Positions 36,748 through 44,979 of a stretch of 57,968 nt of DNA are shown here, piece by piece. This stretch comes from a virus (lineage: Duplodnaviria; Caudoviricetes). The DNA lies in the IMG/VR virus record IMGVR_UViG_3300034176_000029, positions 1 through 57,968 of that record. The stretch is one strand, 5' to 3'. How positions within the stretch are numbered: position 1 is the stretch's first letter; the number at the start of each line of letters is the position of its first letter. A model generated the notes under the pieces. The model did no database searches. It had not been told where the DNA came from and saw only the letters and a list, made by a program, of their open reading frames with translations. The position numbers and the translations under genes were made by a program.

Positions 36748-36861
36748 GGGTTTGTGTGACTATGATCTGAGATCACAGCCGTCTACCATGAGCGGCAAAC
36801 AATCTTCCTGGGGCCATCCAGGTGCAGACAGGTAGTTGTCTTCACTTCACGGGGGCTCCAC

Positions 36862-38679
36862 ATGGCAAAGACCACGAGCGGCGGCGCTGGCGCCTCGGAC
36901 GCCCCGTTCACACTTCCCGCCGACCTCACAAACCTCACCGGCGAGCAGCTCGAGGAGTTGCGGGTCAAGGCTGAGGCCGAGTTCGACGCAATCTACGACC
37001 AGGACGGCGGACCGCACGCCGACCAACTCGCCCGTGCAACCGAACTTGCCGACGGTTTGGACAAGGTCCGGGAACGGGTGTCGGCGATCGAAACCGCCGC
37101 AGCGGAGACGCAGGCCAAGTTCGACGAGTTGCGTTCCCGCCGCGCACCCGCGGTTGAGGAAGATCCCGAGGCTGAAGAGGTCATCGAGGACCCAGAGCCG
37201 GTGGAGGGCGAAGTCCTCCCCGCCGTGCCGCAGCTCGTGACCGCAGCCGGCAGGCCGCGGGGCGGGGCCGTCACGGCCTCCCGCGACATCGGCGGCCTGT
37301 CCGGACCTAGGCACCGCATCAACCCGTCACTATCCGGGGCGCGTGCTGTCGCACCTGTGCAGGAACCGGGCAAGCTCGAGCTCGCGATCACCGCATCGGT
37401 CGGTCTGCCGGGCCAGTTCGAACCCGGCGCGAAGATCAGTGACATGCGTGCGCTCGGGGATCTGATCGAGAACCGTGCCCGGACCATGGGCGACGCCGGA
37501 GCCGGCAGCAGCCGCCGTAAGCGCAAGGGGTCGGAGCACTGGGGCGGCACGCAGGTCGCGTCCATCCGCAACGAATGGGCCGACAAGCTGTCGGAGACGT
37601 CGACCGCCGACGCGGTGCAGGCCTACATCGAGAAGGTGCAGGGCAACCGGACCGCGTCCAAGTTCGAAACCCTGGTCGCCGGTGGCGGCTGGTGTGCACC
37701 GTCGCAGAACCGGTACGACTTCTTCAACATCGCCTGCGAAGGCGGCGGAATTGACCTGCCCACGTTCGGTGTGGAACGCGGCGGAATCAACTTCCCCGTC
37801 AGCCCAAGCCTGGCGGACACGTTCGTCCCGGCCCTGCCATGGACGGTGCCGTTCAGCAACGCGACGGTGCCGTGGCTGTGGACCGAAACCGACGACATCC
37901 TCACCGTCACCGGGTCCACGAACAAGCCGTGCATCCGGGTGCCCTGTAGCTCGATGACCAACGTCCGGCTGGAGTGCTACGGCATCTGCCTCACCGCCGG
38001 CAACCTGGCCGACAACGCCTGGCCTGAGTCGACCCGCAACTTCCTGCGGCTGCTCATGGCTGCCCATTTCCACGCCGCCAATGCTCGGTACATCGCGCAG
38101 ATCGTCACCGCCGCCGGCACGGCCATCACCGGCTGCACCCCGATCGGCGAAGGCGCCGTCGCGCCGCTGCTCGGAACGGCGGAGATGGGTGCGTGGGACT
38201 ACCGCAGCCGGTTCGGCATGTGCGACGACGACGTGCTCGAATGGATCCTTCCGTCGTGGTCGAAGGGTCTGATCCGGGCCGACCTCGCGAAGCGGACCGG
38301 CGTGTCCGATTTCATGTGCGTGCCGGACGCGGACATTGCCCGCTGGTTCGACTGCCGCAACCTTCGGGTCCAGTTCGTGGACGACTTCCAGGTTCGCTCC
38401 ACCGGCCAGCCCGGTGCCGCGACCGCCATCACCTCCTACCCGGCGGTGGTCAACGGCCTGCTGTATGCGGCCGGGACGGTGGCCCGCGGCAACGGCATGA
38501 CCCTGGACCTGGGTGTCGTGCGGGACTCCACCCTGAACGCGGAGAACGACTTCACCGCGGCGTGGATGGAGGAGTGCCACCTGATCGCCCAGTTCGGGCA
38601 TCAGGTCCGCAATTACCGCATGAACACCTGCCCCGACGGCACCACCGGCGCGAACGACATCACCGGCTGCTGCCCGTAA
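36862..38679 (+). CDS. Major capsid protein with an N-terminal scaffold domain
   Basis: Coiled-coil N-terminus; LVAGGGWCAPS; DSTLNAENDF..W.EE. Confidence 0.9.
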   Translation: MAKTTSGGAGASDAPFTLPADLTNLTGEQLEELRVKAEAEFDAIYDQDGGPHADQLARATELADGLDKVRERVSAIETAAAETQAKFDELRSRRAPAVEEDPEAEEVIEDPEPVEGEVLPAVPQLVTAAGRPRGGAVTASRDIGGLSGPRHRINPSLSGARAVAPVQEPGKLELAITASVGLPGQFEPGAKISDMRALGDLIENRARTMGDAGAGSSRRKRKGSEHWGGTQVASIRNEWADKLSETSTADAVQAYIEKVQGNRTASKFETLVAGGGWCAPSQNRYDFFNIACEGGGIDLPTFGVERGGINFPVSPSLADTFVPALPWTVPFSNATVPWLWTETDDILTVTGSTNKPCIRVPCSSMTNVRLECYGICLTAGNLADNAWPESTRNFLRLLMAAHFHAANARYIAQIVTAAGTAITGCTPIGEGAVAPLLGTAEMGAWDYRSRFGMCDDDVLEWILPSWSKGLIRADLAKRTGVSDFMCVPDADIARWFDCRNLRVQFVDDFQVRSTGQPGAATAITSYPAVVNGLLYAAGTVARGNGMTLDLGVVRDSTLNAENDFTAAWMEECHLIAQFGHQVRNYRMNTCPDGTTGANDITGCCP

Positions 38680-38727
38680 CCATCACGGTGACAATCAACC
38701 GTTTCGAGGGTGAGGGGGTGACATCGG

Positions 38728-39639
38728 ATGCCTGGACCTAGGCAACTGGTGGAACCCCCCACCTTCACCGACCGCAACTTCGGCCTCCTGTCCGTCGTAC
38801 AGGCCAGGTATGACGAGCCCGATTCGCATTGGCGTAACGGGGTCACGTTCCAAACCCTGTGCGGTATGGGCTCATCCACGTATGACCCGTTCTGCATCGA
38901 ACCCGACCCCGCCACCAAAGCCGCCACGCACACCACCCCGATCCGCGGGGCGCAGCCGTTCACCCCGTTCGCTGAGGTGGACTGCTCACCCGTCGGCTAT
39001 GACCAAGCCCTGCAACGCGCCCGCGGTGTCGACGCGTTGACCCGCTCGGAGCCGTGGCAGGTCGAAAACGTGTTCTGGACCGGCACGGCAGGCGGCGACG
39101 CGAACGCCGTCTACCCCCACCTGGCCGCCAACGAAAACGTGTTGGACAGCGGTACGGTGCCGACGATTCTGCTGCAATGCGCCGCCTCCACCGTCACCGG
39201 CTCCACCGTCCTCGACGTCGTTGAAGGCATCGGCCGGCTCGAAAAAGCCCTCGGGGATTGCTACAACGGTCAAGGCGTACTGCACATCCCGCTGATCCTT
39301 GGTGAGCAGTTGTTCCGGGCCGGTGTGGTAAAGGCCGACGGTGCCCAGTTGAAAACGCAGGCCGGCAACCTTGTCGCGCTCGGTGCCGGGTACACCGGGT
39401 CCGGGCCGGACGGCACGTTCATCTCCAACGCCGTATGGGTTTATGTGACCGGTCCGGTGTTCGCCTACCGGTCCGGCATTGAGGCGTTCAACTTCCGGGA
39501 AACGTTCGACCGCACGAATAACACGGTCAAAACCGTCGCCGAACGTACCTACGTGCTCGGGTTTGACTGCTGCTGCCTGTTCGCCGTCCCAGTTTCTGTC
39601 GGTGGCATCGTCACCGGCCAACCCCTGTCCCCGTTCTAG
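38728..39639 (+). CDS. Minor capsid/decoration protein
   Basis: Directly after the MCP; FGLLS..W..GV..AERTY pattern. Confidence 0.7.
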   Translation: MPGPRQLVEPPTFTDRNFGLLSVVQARYDEPDSHWRNGVTFQTLCGMGSSTYDPFCIEPDPATKAATHTTPIRGAQPFTPFAEVDCSPVGYDQALQRARGVDALTRSEPWQVENVFWTGTAGGDANAVYPHLAANENVLDSGTVPTILLQCAASTVTGSTVLDVVEGIGRLEKALGDCYNGQGVLHIPLILGEQLFRAGVVKADGAQLKTQAGNLVALGAGYTGSGPDGTFISNAVWVYVTGPVFAYRSGIEAFNFRETFDRTNNTVKTVAERTYVLGFDCCCLFAVPVSVGGIVTGQPLSPF

Positions 39640-39657
39640 CCCTGGAAGGGGTTGACG

Positions 39658-40317
39658 ATGGTAAACCTTCTCTGCGACAGCCCAGCTCAGGGACTCGTCG
39701 TCCGCGTCATCAAATTGGACTCGTGCGGTGTGCCGGTGACGGGGGCGGCGTCGGCGCAGATCGTCATGGACGGCTTCACACAGGTCGCTGTATCACCTCA
39801 GTACGACACCGGCGACCGGAAAATCACCCGCAAAGCCAACGGCACCCTGTGCCAAAACTACAAACTGCCCGACCAGTTCACCAACGACGAAGTCACCGTC
39901 GACTTCTGCGTCTGGAACCCCGGCCTGATCGTCAACACCATCGGCGCCCGACTACTCACGGGTAGCTTCTCGCCGACGGGGGCCGGGTTTGCGCACGGCA
40001 CCTGGTCCAACGTCACCCCTGCGCACTGGTCGCTCGAGCTGTGGGGGCCTCCGTCGGCGGACAGTTGCGCCACCGGCGTGCCGCTGTATTCGTACTGGTT
40101 CTGGCCGCACCTGGCCGATGCGAAGAAGGGCGACTACACCATCGGCGCTGACCCGACCATGCTGCAAATCATCGCCAACACCTATGACGGATCGGCGTTG
40201 TGGACGGCGGGTGCTGCGTGGTTGGCTGCGGCGATTGTGGCGGGGGATCATCAGGGGAAGCTTTTGACACCTGTGGCCCCGCCGGCGTCGACGTGCAATA
40301 TTCTCGCCTATCCGTGA
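39658..40317 (+). CDS. Major tail protein
   Basis: RV..LDSCG.P..ANG.LC..SLELW..YWFWP; followed by a terminator. Confidence 0.8.
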   Translation: MVNLLCDSPAQGLVVRVIKLDSCGVPVTGAASAQIVMDGFTQVAVSPQYDTGDRKITRKANGTLCQNYKLPDQFTNDEVTVDFCVWNPGLIVNTIGARLLTGSFSPTGAGFAHGTWSNVTPAHWSLELWGPPSADSCATGVPLYSYWFWPHLADAKKGDYTIGADPTMLQIIANTYDGSALWTAGAAWLAAAIVAGDHQGKLLTPVAPPASTCNILAYP

Positions 40318-40339
40318 TCTAGGCTTCCGGGGGGAAGTG

Positions 40340-40383
40340 GGCCGGCGACCGTACCACGGGGGCGGTCGCCGGCCTAATTTTTG
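40340..40383 (+). terminator. Intrinsic terminator after the major tail gene
   Basis: 12-bp stem GGCCGGCGACCG/CGGTCGCCGGCC followed by TAATTTTT. Confidence 0.8.
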
Positions 40384-40397
40384 AGAGGAGGCCTCAG

Positions 40398-41195
40398 GTG
40401 ACCGCGACGATGGGGCCGTGTGCGGCGTGGGATGGCATCTTCTGCTGCACACTCACCCCCGAATCGGCGGCCATCACCGGCCAAGCACTCCTCGCCGCAA
40501 CCGAAGTCCTGTACCACCTCAGCGGGCAGCGGTTCGGGTTGTGTGAGTTCACGTTCCGGCCGTGCCGGCACGACTGCTACGGCAACTCGTGGCCCTTCGA
40601 CGGTGGCAGCTGGTGGCAGTGGGGCGGCTACTACCCACGGCCGGTGCTGTTTGACGGGGCCTGGTTCAACCTCACCTGCGGCTCCTGCGCAGGGTCCTGC
40701 TCCTGCGGCCCGTTGGAGGAAGCCTGGTTGCCAGGCCCAATCAACACCGTCATCAGTGTGAAGCTGGACGGGCAGACCATGCCCGCCTCCGCCTACCGGG
40801 TGGACGACTTCCGGAAACTGGTGCGGGTCGATGGCGGCATGTGGCCCGTCTGCCAAGACCTCTCCGCAGCCGACACCGAGGACAACACCTGGTCCGTCAC
40901 GCTCACCATCGGGGAGGAAGTGCCGACGATTGGGAAGATGGCCGTCGGTGAACTGGCCTGCGAAATCATCAACTCCTGCTTGGGTCTGACCTGCGTCCTG
41001 CCCAAAAACGCCACCTCCGTCAGCCGGCAGGGCATCACCATCGACTTCCCCACCTTCACCGAACTCCTGTCGTCCGGCATGCTCGGGCTGCGGTGGACGG
41101 ACATGTTCATCGCCACCTACAACCCTCAGAGGTTGAAGGCGGCGCCGATGGTGTTTGACGTGGACGGGTATCTGTACCGGCGCGCGGGCACATGA
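40398..41195 (+). CDS. Head-to-tail adaptor
   Basis: L..LSG..FG.C..RP, WP.CQ, ELACE, SRQG motifs; synteny. Confidence 0.75.
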   Translation: MTATMGPCAAWDGIFCCTLTPESAAITGQALLAATEVLYHLSGQRFGLCEFTFRPCRHDCYGNSWPFDGGSWWQWGGYYPRPVLFDGAWFNLTCGSCAGSCSCGPLEEAWLPGPINTVISVKLDGQTMPASAYRVDDFRKLVRVDGGMWPVCQDLSAADTEDNTWSVTLTIGEEVPTIGKMAVGELACEIINSCLGLTCVLPKNATSVSRQGITIDFPTFTELLSSGMLGLRWTDMFIATYNPQRLKAAPMVFDVDGYLYRRAGT

Positions 41196-41731
41196 TTGTC
41201 AACCTGGCTCTGTCGCCGGCGCCGATCGTCACCGGCATCGGGGCCTGCATCGTCGACGCCCTCGCACAGACCCCGGCCGGTGCGCCCGGCCGGCAGTGTC
41301 TGTTGCTGCCGACGTTTCAGATCCCGTGGGACAACTGCGACTGCGACGGGCAGATCGCGTTGGCCATCCAGTCGGTGTACGGGTCGGACAGCTTCCCGGC
41401 CCCGTTCGTCAGGGACTGGCACCCCTGCGGCCCGCACTGGCAGGTTGTGCAAGCCATCGTGTCGGTCACCCGGTGTGTGCCGACGATGGACGACCAAGCC
41501 ATCCCGCCGCCCTGCCCAGAGGAGCTGGCGGCTGCGGTGACGTTGGAGAATGACCGGACCGCGGTCCGGCAGGCGTTGGTGTGCTGCCTGACCGAATTGA
41601 AGACAGCCCTGCCTCCGCGGATCGGTCCGTGGGCGGTGCAGCCGTCCATCACGGTCGGCGAGTCCGGCGCCTGCGCCGGGGTGGAGACGGTGTTCCTGTT
41701 CAGCCTGCCGTCGCCGTGCCTGTGCGGCTGA
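41192..41731 (+). CDS. Cys-rich tail terminator/neck protein
   Basis: WDNCDC, RC.P, G.CAG; synteny. Confidence 0.6.
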   Translation: MIVNLALSPAPIVTGIGACIVDALAQTPAGAPGRQCLLLPTFQIPWDNCDCDGQIALAIQSVYGSDSFPAPFVRDWHPCGPHWQVVQAIVSVTRCVPTMDDQAIPPPCPEELAAAVTLENDRTAVRQALVCCLTELKTALPPRIGPWAVQPSITVGESGACAGVETVFLFSLPSPCLCG

Positions 41732-41732
41732 C

Positions 41733-42212
41733 ATGGCCACCGTCTCGTTCTCCCACCGCCTGGACCTTTCCGCTGTGCGTACGTTGTTGACGTCGCCGCA
41801 GGGCGGTGTCATACGCGATCTGCTGCGGCGTGGTTTGTTGGTGGAGACGCAGGCGAAACGGAACCTGGGCGGTATCGGCGGGCCGAAACGCATCGACACC
41901 GGACGGCTGAGGGCTTCCATCGCCACCCAGGTGGTTCGCCGTAACGGCGACCCGGCCGTGCTGGTAGGTACCAATGTGAATTACGCCTTGGCGGTGCACG
42001 ATGGCACTGGGATCTATGGGCCGAAGGGCAGGCCGATCAAACCTCGCCACGGCAAGTTCCTGCGCTTCAAGGCGAAGCCAGGCGGTAAATCCCAGCCGCC
42101 GGGGAAGAAGCCCAAGAAAAAGGGCTCCGGAGGGTACGTCTATGCCCGATCGGCGAAGGGCATGCAACGCAACCAGTTCCTGAAGAACGCCCTCACGGCG
42201 GCGAGAGGTTGA
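41733..42212 (+). CDS. HK97 gp10-like neck/tail-completion protein
   Basis: DTGRLRASI..YALAVHDGT..FL..AL. Confidence 0.8.
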   Translation: MATVSFSHRLDLSAVRTLLTSPQGGVIRDLLRRGLLVETQAKRNLGGIGGPKRIDTGRLRASIATQVVRRNGDPAVLVGTNVNYALAVHDGTGIYGPKGRPIKPRHGKFLRFKAKPGGKSQPPGKKPKKKGSGGYVYARSAKGMQRNQFLKNALTAARG

Positions 42213-42238
42213 ACACTCATGGACCTAGAGTGGTGGGT

Positions 42239-42676
42239 ATGACCGAACCCCGTGACTTCACCCTGCCGATGGAACCCAAACAGTTCCGCATCGACGCCGA
42301 CGTGTTCAAAGCCCCCGCCATCATCTCCCCCGTCGCGCTCAAAAAACTGTCCGCCCTCCACGCCGAACTCGGCGACGGCGTTGGAGCCAACATCGACCAG
42401 TCGCTCAACCTGATCGCCGACATGTTCGCCATCCTCCTACCCGGCCCATCAGGGGAACGGTTCAAAGAACGGCTCCTGTCCGAAACCGAACCCATCGACC
42501 TGCAACGCCAAGCCCTCCCAGCCCTGTACTGGCTGCTGGAGGAGTACGGGGTCCGCCCTACCGAGCCGTCCTCGCCCTCGCCGAATGGGTCGACGGACGG
42601 GCAGACGGACACCCCGAACGGTGGCACCTCTTCAACGGATGGTGCCTCAGCAGAAACATCCGCCACCTCGAGCTAG
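42239..42676 (+). CDS. Tail assembly chaperone (short form)
   Basis: Upstream of the tape measure gene; WL.E.YG.RPT..S motif. Confidence 0.75.
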   Translation: MTEPRDFTLPMEPKQFRIDADVFKAPAIISPVALKKLSALHAELGDGVGANIDQSLNLIADMFAILLPGPSGERFKERLLSETEPIDLQRQALPALYWLLEEYGVRPTEPSSPSPNGSTDGQTDTPNGGTSSTDGASAETSATSS

Positions 42677-42912
42677 CCACCCCGGACTGGCTGGACCTAA
42701 TCCACCACTACCTAGCCGAAAGGACCCCACCGGATAAACAAGACCAACTGAACCGGGCGTTGACCGGCGAACTCGATACCTTCATGACGTTGATGAAGAA
42801 ACCCGACGAGCCGACACCGACCCAACCCGCCTTGCCGCGGCCGCCGCCGTGGTCAACCATCAGAACAGCCGACATAGCCAGAATGGCCCGCACACGCGCT
42901 GAGACGCAGTAG
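42556..42912 (+). CDS. Tail assembly chaperone, -1 frameshifted extension
   Basis: 119-codon open -1 frame beginning at C-CCT-AC, with no start codon near its 5' end. Confidence 0.7.
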   Translation, partial: PYRAVLALAEWVDGRADGHPERWHLFNGWCLSRNIRHLELATPDWLDLIHHYLAERTPPDKQDQLNRALTGELDTFMTLMKKPDEPTPTQPALPRPPPWSTIRTADIARMARTRAETQ

Positions 42913-42937
42913 GGCTAGACGCCACGGGGGTGGCCTG

Positions 42938-44977
42938 TTGAGCACACCGATCGACACCGCATCCGTCGCGATCGTCCCCGACTTCTCCGGCTTCGCCCGG
43001 GAAGTATCACGGGGCATCGACGCGGCGCTTCGCAGTGTCCTGTCGGATGTGCGGCAAGCCTTCGCACAAGTCGAACGGACAGCGGCCGACGCCGGTCGGG
43101 AGGTCGGGCAGGACTTCCAACGCGGCGGCGAAACAGCCGAACGGGCACTGCGGGAAGTGGCCACCACCGCCACCACATCCATGGCCCAAGTTTCGGCCAG
43201 CGCCACCACCGCCAGCGCCTCACTGTCCACCAGACTGGCGGGCGCTGCCGCCATAGCTAAGGGCGCCCTACTCGCGCTCGGTGTGGCTGCCGGTGTCGGC
43301 TTGGCGGCGATCGTCGGGTTCGGGTTGAAGTCGGCGGCGTCGATCGAACAGGTGCAGATCGGATTCGAAGCGCTCCTCGGATCCGCCCAGGCCGCCAAGT
43401 CGTTCATGGAAGAACTTCAATCCTTCGCTGCGTCTACCCCGTTCGAGTTTGCCGGTGTCGCCGACGCGTCCCGCCGGATTTTGGCATTCGGCCAGTCAGT
43501 GGGGATCGCCAAAGACGAGGTCATTCCCGTCATCACCACCATCGGCAACCTTGTCTCCGTATTGGGCGGCACGCAGGAGTCTGTGGATGCGGTAGTTCGG
43601 GCGTTTGGTCAGATCGCGTCCAAGGGTCGGTTGATGGGCGGCGAAATTCTGCAAATCGCCGAAGCGTTGCCGGGGTTCAACGCCAACCAGGCCATAGCCT
43701 CGGCGCTCGGTCTCAGCGTGGCTGATGCGATGGCGGCGCAGGAGGCCGGCACGGTCGATGCGACCACCGCCATCAACGCCCTCCTCGTCGGCATGGCCCA
43801 GTTCCCCGGCGCCGCGGGTGCGATGGAGAAACAAGCCCAAACCCTCCTCGGTGTGTTCTCCACATTCAAAGACACCATCTCAATCGCGTTGACGAACGCG
43901 TTCCAGCCAGTCATCCCCGAAATCAAAACCGCCCTGGCTGAGCTGACGCCGATCATCGGCGAAGCTGTGGGTGAGCTCGCGCCGTCGTTGGGTGGGGCGT
44001 TGTCGGCGATCCTGCCGGTCATCGGTCAACTCATCAAGGCGATCGTCCCGATCCTCACCCCCATCCTCGACGCCCTCGGGCCCGCCCTGGACGCCTTGGG
44101 TCCGTCGCTAGTTCCGTTGGGTGAAGCCATCGGACAAATCCTCGTCGCCCTGTCGCCGATCCTGCCGTTGGTGGCCGAATTCGTCGGCGTCCTCGCAATC
44201 CTCCTCGTGCCCGTCCTGCAGCTACTGGCGCTGGTGTTGCGGCCATTGACGCCGATCCTTCAGTTCCTGGCCGATTCGGTTGCGCTGGTGGGCGACGAAC
44301 TGATGAAGATCGACTGGGCTGCGATCGGCGCTGCGATCGGCGGGTTCTTCGTCGACGCGTGGAACAAGATCAAACAGTTCTTCTCGTTCATCGGCAAAGC
44401 GTTCTCCGAGTTCCCGGAGAACGTGAAGATCGTTTTCGGGTTGGTGCGTGACCGGATAGTCGAAAAGATCACCGAAGTCATTGCGTTCGTCCAAGCCCTG
44501 CCCGGCCGGATCCTGCAAGCCATTGGCGACTTCGGTGCCCTGCTGCTCCAAAAGGGCAAAGACCTGATCATCGGCCTGTGGAACGGCATCTCCGGCATGG
44601 GCAGCTGGCTCTGGGGCAAAATCAAAAGCTTCGTTCAGGACAACATCCTCGGCCCGGTGGCGCAGTTCCTGGGCATCTCGTCCCCGTCGACTGTGTTCCG
44701 GGATCAGATCGGTAAGCAGATCACCGCCGGCATCGGCGAAGGCATCGGCCTGGGTATACCCAACCTGCAGTCGTTGATCTCACCGATCGTCCCAGCAGCC
44801 AACGGCGGTAACTCGACCAGTAGCAGTGTCGTGTTCGGAGCAAACTCCATCAACGTCATGTTCTCCGGTGGGACACCCACTCCGGCGGAAGCTGCCCAGA
44901 CCGGACGTCAGGTCGGCGCCGGCATCGCCGGCGCGCTGCAACGCCGCAACATCGGCCTCGCGGTAAGGACCACCTGA
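42938..44977 (+). CDS. Tape measure protein, 679 aa
   Basis: FAASTPFEF N-terminal motif, amphipathic Ala/Leu/Pro repeats, ISSPS. Confidence 0.92.
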   Translation: MSTPIDTASVAIVPDFSGFAREVSRGIDAALRSVLSDVRQAFAQVERTAADAGREVGQDFQRGGETAERALREVATTATTSMAQVSASATTASASLSTRLAGAAAIAKGALLALGVAAGVGLAAIVGFGLKSAASIEQVQIGFEALLGSAQAAKSFMEELQSFAASTPFEFAGVADASRRILAFGQSVGIAKDEVIPVITTIGNLVSVLGGTQESVDAVVRAFGQIASKGRLMGGEILQIAEALPGFNANQAIASALGLSVADAMAAQEAGTVDATTAINALLVGMAQFPGAAGAMEKQAQTLLGVFSTFKDTISIALTNAFQPVIPEIKTALAELTPIIGEAVGELAPSLGGALSAILPVIGQLIKAIVPILTPILDALGPALDALGPSLVPLGEAIGQILVALSPILPLVAEFVGVLAILLVPVLQLLALVLRPLTPILQFLADSVALVGDELMKIDWAAIGAAIGGFFVDAWNKIKQFFSFIGKAFSEFPENVKIVFGLVRDRIVEKITEVIAFVQALPGRILQAIGDFGALLLQKGKDLIIGLWNGISGMGSWLWGKIKSFVQDNILGPVAQFLGISSPSTVFRDQIGKQITAGIGEGIGLGIPNLQSLISPIVPAANGGNSTSSSVVFGANSINVMFSGGTPTPAEAAQTGRQVGAGIAGALQRRNIGLAVRTT

Positions 44978-44979
44978 TC

